Shown one piece after another: positions 13,066 through 26,896 of a stretch of DNA of 64,000 nucleotides (its first letter is position 1; the number at the start of each line of letters is the position of its first letter). The stretch spans positions 248,001-312,000 of the forward strand of contig NMRA01000343.1 of assembly GCA_002633005.1 (NCBI GenBank), read 5' to 3'. Both the position numbers and the translations under genes were made by a program. The notes below the pieces were generated by a model that saw only the letters and a list, made by a program, of their open reading frames with translations, was not told the origin of the DNA and did no database searches. The stretch is from Phoronis australis. Lineage: Eukaryota; Animalia; Phoronida.

Positions 13066-14719
13066 CTAGGTTCAGGCCCGCGAATTGTGCATCTGCGCCG
13101 ACTTCCCGTGGCATTTTGTGGTCTTTTGTCTCGTTTACTCGGACTTTTTTTGTTTCACTGAGGTCAACCTTTTTGCCCAATTCGCCATATTGGGGGGGGG
13201 GCGCAAATTAGCCGTGCTCGGTGCAAAATAGCCTGCCGTAAAAGCAGATTTCTCAGGGTATTATCAAATAGCTTCTAATTCAACTAAGGTAAAGTCTGAA
13301 ACCAATTTTAAAATAGGGACAAATAAATTATTGCCTTTTGTCAAAAACAAACTTATGATTTAGGCCAGTTACCGTTAGTAAGCTCGATTTCAATTCCTTG
13401 CACAGTTTTTGCTCAAACTGTCGTATTGGCTTCAGAAAAACTTTCTGGTCAATAGCATCAGACAAGGACATAAAAGCTATTTGTAGCAGCTGGTGACAGC
13501 CCCTTCACAAGAAACTAGAACACTATGGTTTTCGATGGTATTTTCGATCGTCGAGCAATAAAAACAGTAATGTGTGAACGCTACAAATGTCACTTTGAGT
13601 GGCACTTCACTGGATGTTTGAGTTACCCATAAACTCAGTGGCGTCTTCGCAAGCACTTTTACAGCCAACCCGCTAACTTCTAACTGAAGGACACGTCGCT
13701 TTAACGTCTCGTGGTAGAGTCAGAATGGACGTGTCTTAACAAATTTCATTTAAAATCGCTTAAGGTAGTGAGGAAATAAAATCACTGGCTGGCGAAAATG
13801 ACTCATTCTTGGACATTTCGCCTTCGGGTATGCGTCTGTCGGCTGACTAAAACGACAACGTTTTCATGGGTCTCAGTGATCTGTTAGCGTTTTTTCACGT
13901 GAATGTAATCCTACAGTAGGTTCACATAAATAGCGAAAGCGCTAGTGTTTTAGCCAATAGAAAGCTCAGTGTCCGCGATTAGCGCGGTCACTATCGCCCT
14001 GCAGCTATTAGTTTATTTCCTCACCAATCCCGAAACTGATGTCAAAACTCTGCCATGAATTTATATGACGATAAACACAGCCTGCTTATCTCGTCCAGGC
14101 GTACTTTGAAGTACCAAGTAGTCTGTAAGTATGACTTCTAAAGAACAATTTATAAAACAGATTATCTGGAAGTTACATAGGAATCCGAGACGCCATTTGC
14201 GAGATAAGTTGTTCCGAAATTACCCAAAATTGAGCATTCTTCTGGGGTCCTACAACCTTGAAGATACTCTTTTTACACTCACCAGTCTGGAACACATGAT
14301 GAGAGTTTCCTCAATCGAAAACTATCATTAAAATATAAACATTTCATATCATCTCTCAGCCCTGTTTGTGTTGCCTTGCTTTGTAATACGTTTAAAGTTG
14401 TTTTTAAAAATTGCCAGTGGGCAGGGTTTCTACGGAAACCTCCCATATATAGCGGCAGTAGAGTGAGTAACCGTAAATGCAGGAGTCAGGTGTCACTCAA
14501 TATGTCGGGCATTATGTTAGGTGGTGTTGCGCCACAAAAATAACAAAAAACAAACTAAAAAGTGATAAATTCAGTTACAAACTGTCTCTTTTCCTGATTA
14601 TACATGTACACACAGTTTTCCAGGAAGTCACTGGTGCTTGCTACAAATTTGAATATTCACGGTTTTAATGAGAGATAGTATAGACATATAGCCCATACAG
14701 CGAGTCACCTGTTTACACA

Positions 14720-14826
14720 TCACCAGTAATAGCACTATGTCACAGCCTCTCCATTGCAACTGGACACACTTCACTAGTAATAGTGCAGTGTCAGTCTCGC
14801 CATAGCAACTGTTCACACCTCACTAG
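14720..14826. repeat. Two imperfect tandem copies of an approximately 50-bp unit
   Basis: TCAC(C/T)AGTAATAG...TGTCA...CCAT(T/A)GCAACTG..CACAC.TCACTAG is repeated. Confidence 0.6.
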
Positions 14827-15959
14827 ACAGTATAAACTAGTGTTACACCGTATAGTAGTAAATTAAAGTACAACTTATCTATTATTTATTATCAGGACGG
14901 CCCCCGGATAAAAATCTCCTGTGTTCTTTAGGTAGAAAAACGCGTGGCTACAATGGCCTGGTTTTTTAGAAATATCCGGCTGATTCCAGAAGTGTCGGAA
15001 AATATCGCATACACGGATACTTCTCGAGTCTATCCAACCTGCCGTCGGAGTTGAAGTCCACACCACAGCAAAAAAATTGCTGGCATCAGAAAGTATAATA
15101 CAGTTATATGCAGTCGAAAAAATGAAAAACAAAATACTTGGAGAAAAATTTCGCCAAGTAACAACGTACCAATAAATAACAGGAATTTCAATTATGTGAA
15201 AACGTGAAAAGTGATTGACAGATGTTGCCGCATCGTGGACAAATATCACTAGGTTCAAGTTTCGCTGTGAGTTTCAGAACTTTCCTAATAGGACATGTAT
15301 GCTAACATGTTGTTTTGCGCTAGTCGTTTCTTGCTCGTCGTTCAAGTTTTCAGTCGTCGTTTAAGTGTTTTTAGCGGCAGTACTGGCGAAAACTCCAACG
15401 ACTAAGTTCTTGAACGGAGTGTTAAACGCCAATACAGTATCGCCCTCAAAGTAATTTCAGGCCATTTATTGTAAGTAGTCACAATTACAGTAAACGTTGA
15501 GAACTGAATGTGTTGATTGACGTTGCTTTTAAATAATAAATACGTCTGCGTGGCGGGAAGAAAATTGATGTTTTTGACAGAAGAGCATGGGTTAAGCGGC
15601 TTTGAGTTATGGAGCTTATCAGGTTTTCGGAACATTTACATAAACGCAAGACACTAGTGCAATAATGGGATGAAAGCAAATTGCAAATTGTTCCAATTTC
15701 TGGAAAGCACTGTCAGTGAGCATATGTAGGTATTCATATTATTGACTGCAAATTTCCGACTCCACTGCCTGTAACCAGATCAGCCTGCAACATATGTGGA
15801 GCTATTACCAGCTTGGCGTATACTGAGTCGACATCAACTTTGATACATATGAACGGCCATTCACCAAGGACAATGAGCGAGAGCGCAGAGATTCTGTTGT
15901 AGGAGGGGACCTTGTTGTTATAGAAGGACCTGAACCTAAGACTCAAGCTTCAATAAACA

Positions 15960-18113
15960 ACTAGACAAAGAAGCGTTTTTCTCACCAAGGATTGTTCTAT
16001 TCGAGCAACTTCTACAGTCCGCTTCTAGATGGAAAACAAGTGTATTTGGGAGTGATGGGAGAGTGAACTCGGTACTAACTTCGTTGAAGATGGAGAAGTA
16101 TGCACACAATCAGTTCCATCTCTAAATTGTAATCACTCGGAAGCCGACACCAGAGTCACCCTTCATGTGATTGATACGGACAAGTGTACATCTGGCGACA
16201 TCGTCATAAGAGCTTATGACACCGACATTCTAGCGTTGCTTCTACACCATGTCCATCGAGTTACATCTACATGTACAGTGTGGATGGAGGTTGGGACTAG
16301 AGGACAAGGCGATCCTCGTTATGTAAACGTAACTAAGATTGTTACTGCGATAGGTCAAGCTATGTGTGATGCCTTCCCCGGCCTACTCGCGTTCACTGGT
16401 TGTGACTATAGGCCTACATCTGCATTTGAAAGGAAAGGAAAGCACAGACCATGTGCAATCGTGGCAAAAAATAACAAGTTCCAGAGAGCTTTTGCTTCAT
16501 TGAACCGCGATATCCCAACAGAAAAAGTCATCAAAATCTTACAGGATATTGTCTGTGTGTTGCACGGAGCACGGAAGTTTGTCTCACTCAAAACTGCACC
16601 GGTTCAACGTGGCTGACAAAACCTACACAAGAAAGACAAATGCTAAGCAATCATTTGAGAAGCTTAGAAGCATCGAGGGCAACAGTATTCCCCCTTGTGA
16701 AGCGGAACTAGCACTTCACGTGAATAGACTCGGTACATTTTGTTGCTTGACTATGGGGGTAACGCTCATTTCCAAATCTTGGACAAAACGCCCACCAATG
16801 GATGGGAAATGTTGACAGCGACTTTCGCATCATTTGGTTCAGTGGAGAACAAATGCATCCTGCGCTCATTCCACAGAATCAAGTTGAAACACAGCCAGAT
16901 GACAATGGTGACGATGCAAAGACATGATGGTATGGAGTGATGTGGACGAAGATCATGATCTTCCACCAAGAAAAATGGAATCATCTGGTAAAGAAAAAGA
17001 CGACGATCACGAGTTAGATGGTTGCAGTTACATCACAACAGAGTGAATTTTACCTTTTGGATTTCGGTTTAATCACATGAACCAATAGACTGTGTCATGC
17101 ATCACAAGCCCGTGTTCTGCCAATAGATGTGATTCAAGTAGCTCAGCTTCAATATGAAGACAGCTTAATTAGTGACCCCAGGTGTTCCTTCAATTCCGTT
17201 TTTGTTCATTTTCATTGTATTTGAGAGTAAGTCGTTACTAGTTCATTAGTAGGTTTTGTTATTAATAACTCCCGAATGTTTCATGTCTTAAGTTGTATTT
17301 TATCTACAGAAGTAATCAAAATTGTATTTTCCTCTTTTATACTAGTTCATTTTTGGGTCTTCTCTTCCCTCGGGGTTCAAGCAACCCCGTCTTATCAGCA
17401 AACCCCAGGAAAAATTGCATCTTAAGTTGTGGATATGGTGTCCATAGTTACTAAACTGTCTTTCGAAAAGAGAATTTTTGTTGCATTTAAAAAGTTTAAA
17501 TTAATCGTTAATTGGTCGTTAATTAATAAGTGTCTTAATTAACAACACAAGAGTTTTTCATGTCGTAACTGGTATTTTTGTTCATTTGAAATCATATTTT
17601 ATCCATAGTAGTAATCAAAATTTTCGCATTTCCTCTTTCATACAAGTTCATTTTTGGGGTCCCCTTTGCCCCTGGGATCAAAACACCCCCCGTCTTATCT
17701 GCAAACCCCAGGAAAAAATCACGTCTTGAGTTGTGGATATGGTGTCCAGAGTTGCTAAACTATCTTTTGGAAAAATAATTTTTTGTTGCACTTAAAAGTT
17801 TAAATAAATCGTTAATTGGTCGTTAATTAGTAGGCGTCTTAATTAATAACCCCAGGCATTTTCGCGTCTTAAGTTGCATCACTTTAATTTGGGTGGTGAT
17901 TAGAATTAAATAAACTTGAAACGGATGTTGCACTCGAAATTTTAATTAAATGAATTTTTGGGCCCTCTTTTGGATCCCACAGGGACCCAAAGCCCATGTT
18001 TGCGCAACTTAATACGCCCCTTTCCTTCAATGGTAGGTGATTTACAATACAATTAGGCACTCAAAGTGTTTGCACTCAAAAGTGTGAATAAAGTCTTGCT
18101 CGCTCTCCAACTA
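15960..18113 (+). mobile_element. AcademX-like DNA transposon remnant (frameshifted XPG/FEN-like nuclease domain plus right terminus)
   Basis: Translation gives HSEADTRVTLH (16134), DTD, AFTGCDY..SAF..KGK and then IPPCEAELALHVNR in shifted frames, motifs typical of AcademX XPG domains. An approximately 300-bp subterminal tandem duplication lies at 17290-17870. The right end reads ...CTCTCCAACTA; Academ termini are TAG...CTA. Left end not identified. Confidence 0.75.
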
Positions 18114-20084
18114 AGTCATCTCGCGTGTGTACATGTCTTGCTTACTGTCTTGAGCACTGTTCAGTAACTATATTGTGCGAGAGAATAAGTTTCGGCTTTA
18201 ATAACCGCTTACAGGGGTTTGCTCCGATGAATAACGGGATCAAACTGGTTCGCAAAATCCGGGACTCATGCATGTGACTATTTCTCTAAAATTTGTCCGT
18301 CAAAAGGGGGAATACGCGCCCGGCGAGGGGGGAAACTGAAGGCATGACAGAAGATTGTTCGGGGGCAAGCCAAGTGGCGCCGCATGGAATATTTAATTGG
18401 GCACGTGCCCTGAGTTATATGCTAAACACAGAGCCTGTGGACGAGCATCTTGGAGTAAAGACTGTTATTGATGTTTGAGATACGGTAACTCTTGACGTAT
18501 TTAGCTTATAATACGACAGACAAGTGAAAGCTTAGTTTGTCAAAAATTTCCACAAAAAACGAGTTTTTCTATCATTAGCTGAGTGTGTCATGCAAATGTC
18601 ATAAAAATGGTATAAGTCCCATTATTTACAGCTTTTGAAAAATATCTTTTGTTTATGTAGAGAATTATACGCGTTATGTGTTCGAAGAAAAGACCAACCT
18701 ACATGTGTCCAGCGAAAAACCTACAGTAGTCAAACCACAACCGACCCGTTCTATTGATCGAAACGCTTATAATCTATTGTACTCCGGCGAGGCAACTGAT
18801 ATCCTTGCATTCGTGGACTTTCTTGCCATTATTTGAGTGCCGAATTTCGCAATCGTGCATTATGTGTGCCACTGCGCTGTGTATCGCGCTTCGAGAGTGG
18901 CGAGCTCCAGGCAGCCATAAATGTGAGGGGATTAGGTGAAAGGTCAAGTGTGCCTCGTTTAAAGTTCAACTGGAAAGTAGCACTGACGCAATAAAAATAA
19001 AAGTATGTGCCATCCGCATTATTTCCATTACCGGACATTTAGGTGTGACAGGCTCTTGTTAGAATACCTGTAATACTTCATTGGGGATATGATGGTGCAT
19101 TAATCCTCTCCCCAGACCATCCCCGCACTTGTTATAAACTTCAACTATATATAAAAAATAAAAACAGACGTGACAATTACAAGTCGCTGGACCCGAGTTT
19201 GGCGAACCCGATTTTTTGTAGGTTATACATAAAAAAGAATCACGATACGTGTACAGAAAATACCCAAAGCTCAGTTAACTGTTAGTTTCTCTAGTTTTCC
19301 GAGAAAGCAAAACTATTCAGGGTACATGTACAATGAACCATTACTGTTGTAATCGACAGTAAGAATTCTTTGATGCAATCTGAATCAGGTGAATAACACC
19401 TTCTAACTGTTGCCCTTCGCCTATTTGCAGGATAATTCTCTTTTCATTTTTAATGGGAAAATCATGTTTATTCATTATGAATATATTTTGTAGTGTTGGC
19501 AGAAATCAGTCATTTCTATCAGTCTGAGCATCCACGCAAATTAGTGCATCATGCCTGTAGGGGCGTGCGAGGGTACCCTCGGGTAACTTCATAATTTCAC
19601 TAACCCCTCTGGCGTGGAATGGTTTGAAAACTGTGTCAATCAATAAAATTTTTCACTTCTGGTGATCAGCAAGTGTCTATTTTTCCTCTACAAATTCTAC
19701 ATAAAAAGAATCAGCAAAATTGATGGTTAATAAAATGAATAGTCAACGGCGGTGCCAAGAATCCAAACTTGGATTATGAAAAAATGCTGCAGGTGAATAC
19801 ATGTGAGACCGAAGAAAAGCATTCCACAGATATCACGGATGTCACCAGCACTCAAGCTTTGAAGTTATAACTCGTACAGAAAACAAATGACGGCAGGCTA
19901 CGTCATTTCTATTTTTAGAAGTTACTCATAGCGCGCGCGCGCCCGGGACAAAGAGTTTCAGCGTCACCTGCTGTATATATAAACGTTTTTAGCTATAAAG
20001 GTTGATTTGACAAACTCTAACTGTCGGCTTGCCACACTAACCCATTGTCTTTTTTGGCTTTCAACGTCGCGTTGGTGGTTAAAG

Positions 20085-20334
20085 ATGAAAGTCTTCACAC
20101 TTTTGCTTTTCGCAGCCCTTTCCTTCGCCTGTTGTTTTGGCCAGGTTCACCGTGACGAAGGCGACAGGCTGCATAAGACTGCCCCTCATGGTCATGAGAA
20201 GGACGACGACATCTGGGCAAATGAAGACGATCACGAGTGGCACACTGATGAAGAATGCACGCGATGTTTGATCCGCAGGAATCAAACAAAAAGTTTGAGT
20301 CCATGGAAAAACATCACGACAGTGCATTTGAAAG
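20085..20334 (+). CDS. TMEM145/GPR180-N-domain single-pass membrane protein, exon 1 (signal peptide and His/Asp-rich segment)
   Basis: AAAGATG start, hydrophobic leader MKVFTLLLFAALSFACCFG, donor G|GTGAGC (phase 1). TATA-like TATATATAAA and TATAAA lie about 100 bp upstream. Confidence 0.85.
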
Positions 20335-21517
20335 GTGAGCACGGAACAAAATGACAGTTGCGTCTTGAGCAACTCACCGTGACTACGAAAAGCAGACGAG
20401 AATCTTAAATAGCTAGTGCCTTAGTCAGAACCTGAACTCGTTCGAAATTTGTACAAATCGCATAATATTATTTTCATTTTTATTCTCAACACTCCTGCTT
20501 CTAGTCTCAGTCTTTGGCAAGATTTTATCAGGAAAATATTCATGAAAAATTGTAGAGTTTGAGTGACGACTGGAGTAGTGACGGCTGGATCGGAATAAAC
20601 ATTGAGGAATTATTACAGTTTTTCCAAATGAAATATTGAAAGCAACCTTATTCTTTTATGTGAATATCGTCACGTGACCATATTCTTCCATTTCACTTTA
20701 TTTTCAGTCTAGGAAAGCTGCAAAAATTTAAAACAAAATTGATAATTGTAGCGACTAATCGCAAAGGTCTACTGACTCTACTAAAAGTATACGCTGGGTA
20801 GGCCTCAGCATGACGCAGACAAAACCGTCGGAATTAAATTCCCGCGAAGATGACAGTTGTTCACTAAGCTTGTCGTGCGATTGTGACACTCCGCACGCGC
20901 TTACCCAGTGTTTGGATAGTAGACAGTAATTCCGCTAGAAACAAACAATAGCGAGTAAGCAAACAAAATTTCGCAACATAACTTGGATCATTTTTATTTT
21001 GGGAACACGTTTTGATGACGTCAGAGTTTAAATTGAAACGATGTATTCTTTTCCCATCGATTTTCGTTGAGTACTTGTTTGACTTGTGGAACTACAAAAC
21101 ATTAAACAACTGATTATTTTTTGCCATAGCAACTTTGTTAGCCCTGGAAAACTAGAACATCAACGTAACTTGTATTTTAAGGCGTTTTCTCAAATTAACA
21201 ATTTAGCTGAAATCAATTGAGCGACGCCTTAATTTAAACAAAAATGTCTACAGTTTTAACAACAACAAAAAACATTTACATGATGCATCATGGATAGAAC
21301 ACCACCTCAGGCGTGCGTTAAAAAGTGTGCGTGGAATATTCTAATGAAAACAAATAATCGGATTTCAACGTCAAAGTTGTCGAAACATCTGAAGTTTCAA
21401 GACACCATACAAAAACGACGCACGCTTCAGTTGCTTTTTACGTTATTAGTACGTCGAAATGCATACTACGTTTGACCATGATATACTTTAATTAAATGTT
21501 TCTATTTCTTTGTGCAG

Positions 21518-21714
21518 ACCACCACAATCATTTCCGCTACAATTTCACGTTCTCGCGCTCCATGTGCTGTTACAAAGTCCACTTCTTCTCCAACGATGTG
21601 ATTGGACAGCTGAAGGACGACATGACCTGCGAGCAGCGCGCGCAGCCAAGGCCGCGCTTTTACCTGTTGGATCTGTCTCCGGAGATAACGTCCACTTCTC
21701 AGCATTGGTGCAAG
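21518..21714 (+). CDS. TMEM145/GPR180-N-domain single-pass membrane protein, exon 2
   Basis: Pyrimidine tract plus CAG acceptor, phase 1 to 0, donor AAG|GTGAAT. Encodes FRYNFTFSRSMCC...MTCEQR...LDLS...HWCK. Confidence 0.88.
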
Positions 21715-22524
21715 GTGAATAAAATTGATGCCGAGGAACTAAACATTATAGTTGACTTGGTCTGAGTTTTTTTTTGTAAACTATTTTGCCTCATACAGCG
21801 CCATTTAGCAGTTCAAATTCAAAGTGAAATATCTAACGACTTTGCGGCAGAGTATCCGATAACAAGAACAACTAATTAAAAAATCCAATCGGTTTTATGG
21901 TCGAAAAAACACATTTTGGTCCCGAGAGAAATCGTGCGCCCAAAACAAACTGATGGTGATCACGTAAATCTTTCACGAATACATAGAGATCGGGATGTGG
22001 AATCATTCAGGCCAAAAATAAAAACAAAAAAAACAAAAACAAAAAAACAGAAAGGGCATGGAGCTTTAAAACTCAATTCCGAAACCACTGCGCCATGGCT
22101 TTCGTTTGTTTTTTAATATAGATATGAGTGGGTCATTTTGAAATTCACTTTAAACCATAATCCCAGATAATTTATACTCAAACAGGAATCCAGTAACCAG
22201 TATTCACAACAGAGTTGAAGGAACATCGAAACACCCTTTGTACACGCCAGTCATTACCAGAAGTTCGGTAAAAAATCATTGGAAATATTAAAGGTGGTGG
22301 TTGCTTCGTCACATTTTAGCGATGTCAAGTGGTACCTTAAGCATTCTCGTTTCACATGGCCATTTTTATGACGTCCACAGCGTACTTTGCGAGACGCAGG
22401 CGCCGACCCACTTCTTCCTCAAAGGGTAGGTTTTATTCGCTCGTAAAATCGGGATAATTTAGTCATCATTGAATTCTTAAGCATGTTGGGAACTTTATAT
22501 TTCTTACTTTTTTTAATCTGCCAG

Positions 22525-22977
22525 GTTTTCCGCGACGAAAAGGGAAGAGTAAACGTCACATGTGGAGGTATCTTGAGATTCGACCCATCCAATCAGCGAT
22601 CGAACATCTGGCACGTGTTCGCGAGCAAATGCGGGTCTCGTGAAGGCGTGGAGATGACCTATTCCTTGAATTTTACGTCGGAAAAGGACAAATGCCGCTG
22701 GAAAAAAGCGATGGCAGAAGAGAAACAGGCGTGGTACATGAACAATACCCTGGGCAGAGCGTTCCGGAATGCTACTAAAGAGTATGACGAATTACACGAG
22801 CAATACCCTATTGCTGTTGACGGAATGTTGACCATAGCGGTCTTTACTGGATTAAATACGTTGTTCATCCTTGTAGGATTTACAGTCGTTTTTGTAATGC
22901 TGATAAAAGTAAAGTCTCAGAAGAAACGAGGGAATGAATACGCATCTTACAACCCAGAGCAGAAAGTGCCTTTGTAA
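22525..22977 (+). CDS. TMEM145/GPR180-N-domain single-pass membrane protein, exon 3 (domain end, TM helix, short tail, stop)
   Basis: CAG acceptor in phase 0. TCGG..F.....W.VFASKCG..GVEMTYSLNFT resembles the TMEM145 luminal motif as I recall it (WYIALSKCGGDGLQLEYEMVLTNG). One hydrophobic helix is followed by KVKSQKKR. AATAAA occurs at about 23493 and 23518. Total CDS 900 nt. Confidence 0.88.
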   Translation, partial: VFRDEKGRVNVTCGGILRFDPSNQRSNIWHVFASKCGSREGVEMTYSLNFTSEKDKCRWKKAMAEEKQAWYMNNTLGRAFRNATKEYDELHEQYPIAVDGMLTIAVFTGLNTLFILVGFTVVFVMLIKVKSQKKRGNEYASYNPEQKVPL

Positions 22978-25854
22978 ATGTTCAGAGATTAAGTAAATGG
23001 TTAACTAAAAGTAAACAGTAAGAAAAGGTTTTCGATTTGATCATTCGTAAATATCATGGAAGTAATGACTGTACTCCCCATTTTAGCGTGCGTTCAACTG
23101 GAAATTTCATGAGACATTCACCTCATTAGAGTACGTAACTGCAACAATGCTTTTTCAATAACAGCTTGAAGTTCCTAGAGAAGTCTCGAAACACAAGTAT
23201 GAGACAACAAACTAAGGAAAGCATTTGTGTTCAACTACGATAATGTATTAGTTTCCAAAAACTCGTCATGTGCGTACATGCGTATTTGTTTCCTTATACA
23301 TCCTTGTGGAGGTATCTGAGGATGTCCTGTGGTAAATTTCATGTATTATAAAATAATATAAAGATGTCGAAAGCATCAACAGCGGCAGCGACGGCGGAAG
23401 CGGCAGATAGTGACACAAATAAAATAATCACCGTAATTATAAATTGATAATACTTGTCTTAAAGCTTTTAAAATACTGTGAGTGCACTCGAAAATAAATG
23501 TAGTCTATATTTGTACCAATAAAGTCTTGTCTGACTTCCAGATACGTATATCATGTGTTTTTACTGTGGTATCCATACTAGAGAGGTAAGGTGCAAGTCA
23601 CGAGTGAGCTACATACATGTATTTCCATTCACGCGCTCGACCGTGACTCAATATTTTGATGTCGAGCACAATATTTTTTCAATTGTAAAAACGAAATCCG
23701 ACTTTTTGTAACAAAATGAGTGTTTTCAACAAAAAATTAGAAACAACACGTCAACCGCAGTCAGAAATAATCCCGTCCGGTGTTGGCGAGATTCACACAA
23801 GCAAAAATTTAAGAAAATTTGGTCGAATCTCAAAATTCCAACGATATGCGCTACGGCAATTCGTGAGCATACTTTTCGAAAAATGGGCAGAGATTTTCTT
23901 TTCAATGTTTGACTGAAAACCTTTTAATACATTCATCTTATCACTGAGAAACCATTTGTAGGAGACATTTGACAAACAATTTTTAGTGTTTTGAGAGCAC
24001 AAAAACGTCAAAGTGCCTCTCTCTACGGCCATGTGTGTAATTCTAGTGTGTAACGGGCCGAATTGACAATGACGACGTACAATTTCTTTCGTTTTTGAGA
24101 GGCGTTGAACATTTTTTGTGGGAATCGTTTGAATATCGCACCGCACAGCAGTGACAATTTGACCGCATGATGTTATCGGAAAAAAATATTAGAAAACACT
24201 TGAAAATATCCCATAACGCAGAACGCTGTCCACGAGCACTCTATAGCCACTAAATAATTTCATGAGGTTGGTTTACACAACCAAGCAAAACGTTGTACCT
24301 TGACAGTTTCGGCTACTCATAGTAGCCATCTTCGGAAGCTATTGGAAACTAGGTAGCTTGGTGATGGTACTGATCCAAATTTTAGATAACTTATAACCCT
24401 CCCCCCCCCNGTAAATGTTCAGAGATTAAGTAAATGGTTAACTAAAAGTAAACAGTAAGAAAAGGTTTTCGATTTGATCATTCGTAAATATCATGGAAGT
24501 AATGACTGTACTCCCCATTTTAGCGTGCGTTCAACTGGAAATTTCATGAGGCATTCACCTCATTAGAGTACGTAACTGCAAGAATGCTTTTTCAATAACA
24601 GCTTGAACTTCCTAGAGAAGTCTCGAAACACAAGTATGAGACAACAAAACTAAGGAAAGCATTTGTGTTCAACTACGATAATGTATTAGTTTCCAAAAAC
24701 TCGTCCTGTGCGTACATGCGTATTTGTTTCCTTATACATCCTTCTGGAGGTATCTGAGGATGTCCTGTGGTAAATTTCATGTATTATAAAATAATGTAAA
24801 GATGTCGAAAGCAGCAACAGCGGCAGCGGCGGCGGAAGCGGCAGATAGTGGCACAAATAAAATAATCACCGTAATTATAAATTGATAATACTTGTCCTAA
24901 AGCTTTTAAAATATTGTGAGTGCACTCGAAAAAAATGTAGTCTATATTTGTACCAATAAAGTCTTGTCTGACTTCCAGATACGTATATCATGTGTTTTTA
25001 CTGTGGTATCCATACTAGAGAGGTAAGGTGCAAGTCACGAGTGAGCTACATATTTCCATTCACGCGCTCGACCGTGACTCAATTTTTTGATGTCGAGCAC
25101 AATATTTTTTCAGTTGTAAAAGCGAAATCCGACTTTTTGTAACAAAATTAGTGTTTTCAACAAAAAAGTAGAAACAACACGTCAACCGTAGTCAGAAATA
25201 ATCCCGTCCGGTGTTGGCGAGATTCACACAAGCAAAAATTTCAGAAAATTTGGTCAAATCTCAAAATTCCAACGATATGCGCTACGGCAATTCGTGAGCA
25301 TACTTTTTGAAAAATGGGCGGAGATTTTCTTTTCAATGTTTGACTGAAAACCTTTTAATACATTCATCTGAGAAACCATTTGTAGGAGACATTTTACAAA
25401 CAATTTTTTAGTGTTTTGAGAGCACAAAAACGTCAAAGTGCCTCTCTCTACGGCCATGTGTGTAATTCTAGTGTGTAACGGGCCGAATTGACAATGACGA
25501 AGTACAATTTCTTTCGTTTTTGAGAGGCGTTGAACATTTTTGTGGGAATCGTTTGAATATCGCACCGCACAGCAGTGACAATTTGATCGCATGATGTTAT
25601 CTGAAAAAAATATTAGAAAACACTTGGAAATATCCCACAACGCAGAACGCTGTCCACGAGCACTCTATAGCCACTAAATAATTTCATGAGGTTGGTAGAG
25701 TACACATAGATTAATTCTTATTTACACAACCAAGCAAAACGTTGTACCTTGACAGTTTCGGCTACTCATAGTAGCCATCTTCGGAAGCTATTGGAAACTA
25801 GGTAGCTTGGTGATGGGACTGATCCAAATTTTAGATAACTTATAACCCCCCCCC
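22974..25854. repeat. 1.44-kb tandem duplication across the N at 24410 (probably two haplotypes assembled in tandem)
   Basis: 22974-24409 and 24411-25854 are near-identical with scattered SNPs and small indels, joined exactly at a single N. Confidence 0.9.
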
Positions 25855-26896
25855 ATCGTCCCTGTTCATAAATGAGCCACTTTTTCTGATCCAAATGGAC
25901 TCTCCCTCTCAAGATCCAGACGGATAATCTATGTGCACTCTATCGCCATCTAACGACAAGGCGTATTTGATCCTGTCTCCGTATATAGGAAAATATTATG
26001 TTCAGATTAGCTGAGCAAAACCCAATAGTTTATGTCCCTTGTATGCTGCACGTTTGAAGAACTAACAATGGATAATTATCGCCAGGTTATGCGCAAATCT
26101 TGTTCTGTGCGCAGTATGCGGTACGTGAAATCAAGAAGAGACCAAAATTCAGGAAAATATTGTCTAGTGGCAAAATGCCGACGGTATGCACAACGGAGCT
26201 TCACAAGCACAATTTTATAAAGTAGGGGGAGTTGCATGAAGGGCAAAGATTTTTAATATTTTATTCAATTAGAAGTGACTTTGAAGTAACCCGGTATGTA
26301 AATTTTATTTTTCTGTGTCTGCAATCAAAAAGAAATGTGATGACCCACACATTTTGCAAGTTTGTTTTAGACAAAGACAAAAATATAAAGCATCAAACTA
26401 TAAAAAAATCTCAGTGTCCACGATTTAACCAAGCGCATGAACACAAAAAGTTTACGGGGTCAAAGCAAAAGCAAATGGTGTTTTGGATCTTTAATGCTAT
26501 AACCCAAGGAGCAATTACCCATAAACAATGTTTGCCCACCCAGAAAGCGTCGAAAAGCGTTTTAATTGATGATGTAGTCACACAGCGAATTCTGCTCGTC
26601 GGGAACAAAATCTAAAACTTGAACTAATCGACTCATACTAACACACAAACACCTCACAATCTCATCCTAATAAAACACAGTGTCACATACTGTTCAAACG
26701 AGCAACAGGTTAAGGTGAAAACAAATGAGAGAAGGCCATAGCCGGAGTCATTTTCGCTGATGACGTAAACCAGTTCCCGGAAAACTGTCTTTACTTGTAG
26801 GGGATTGGTTTGTTGTTTGCTCACGGTCAACATGATTTCGCAAGAGGCGGTAGAGTTCAAGCGAGGTCCCAGCGTTACTGAACTCTACAGGAAACC

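Noticed and set aside
23716-25640. Paired ORFs (117 aa and 128 aa, minus strand) looking like a duplicated gene
   Set aside because: They are chance ORFs within the gap-spanning duplication, and their frames differ between copies.
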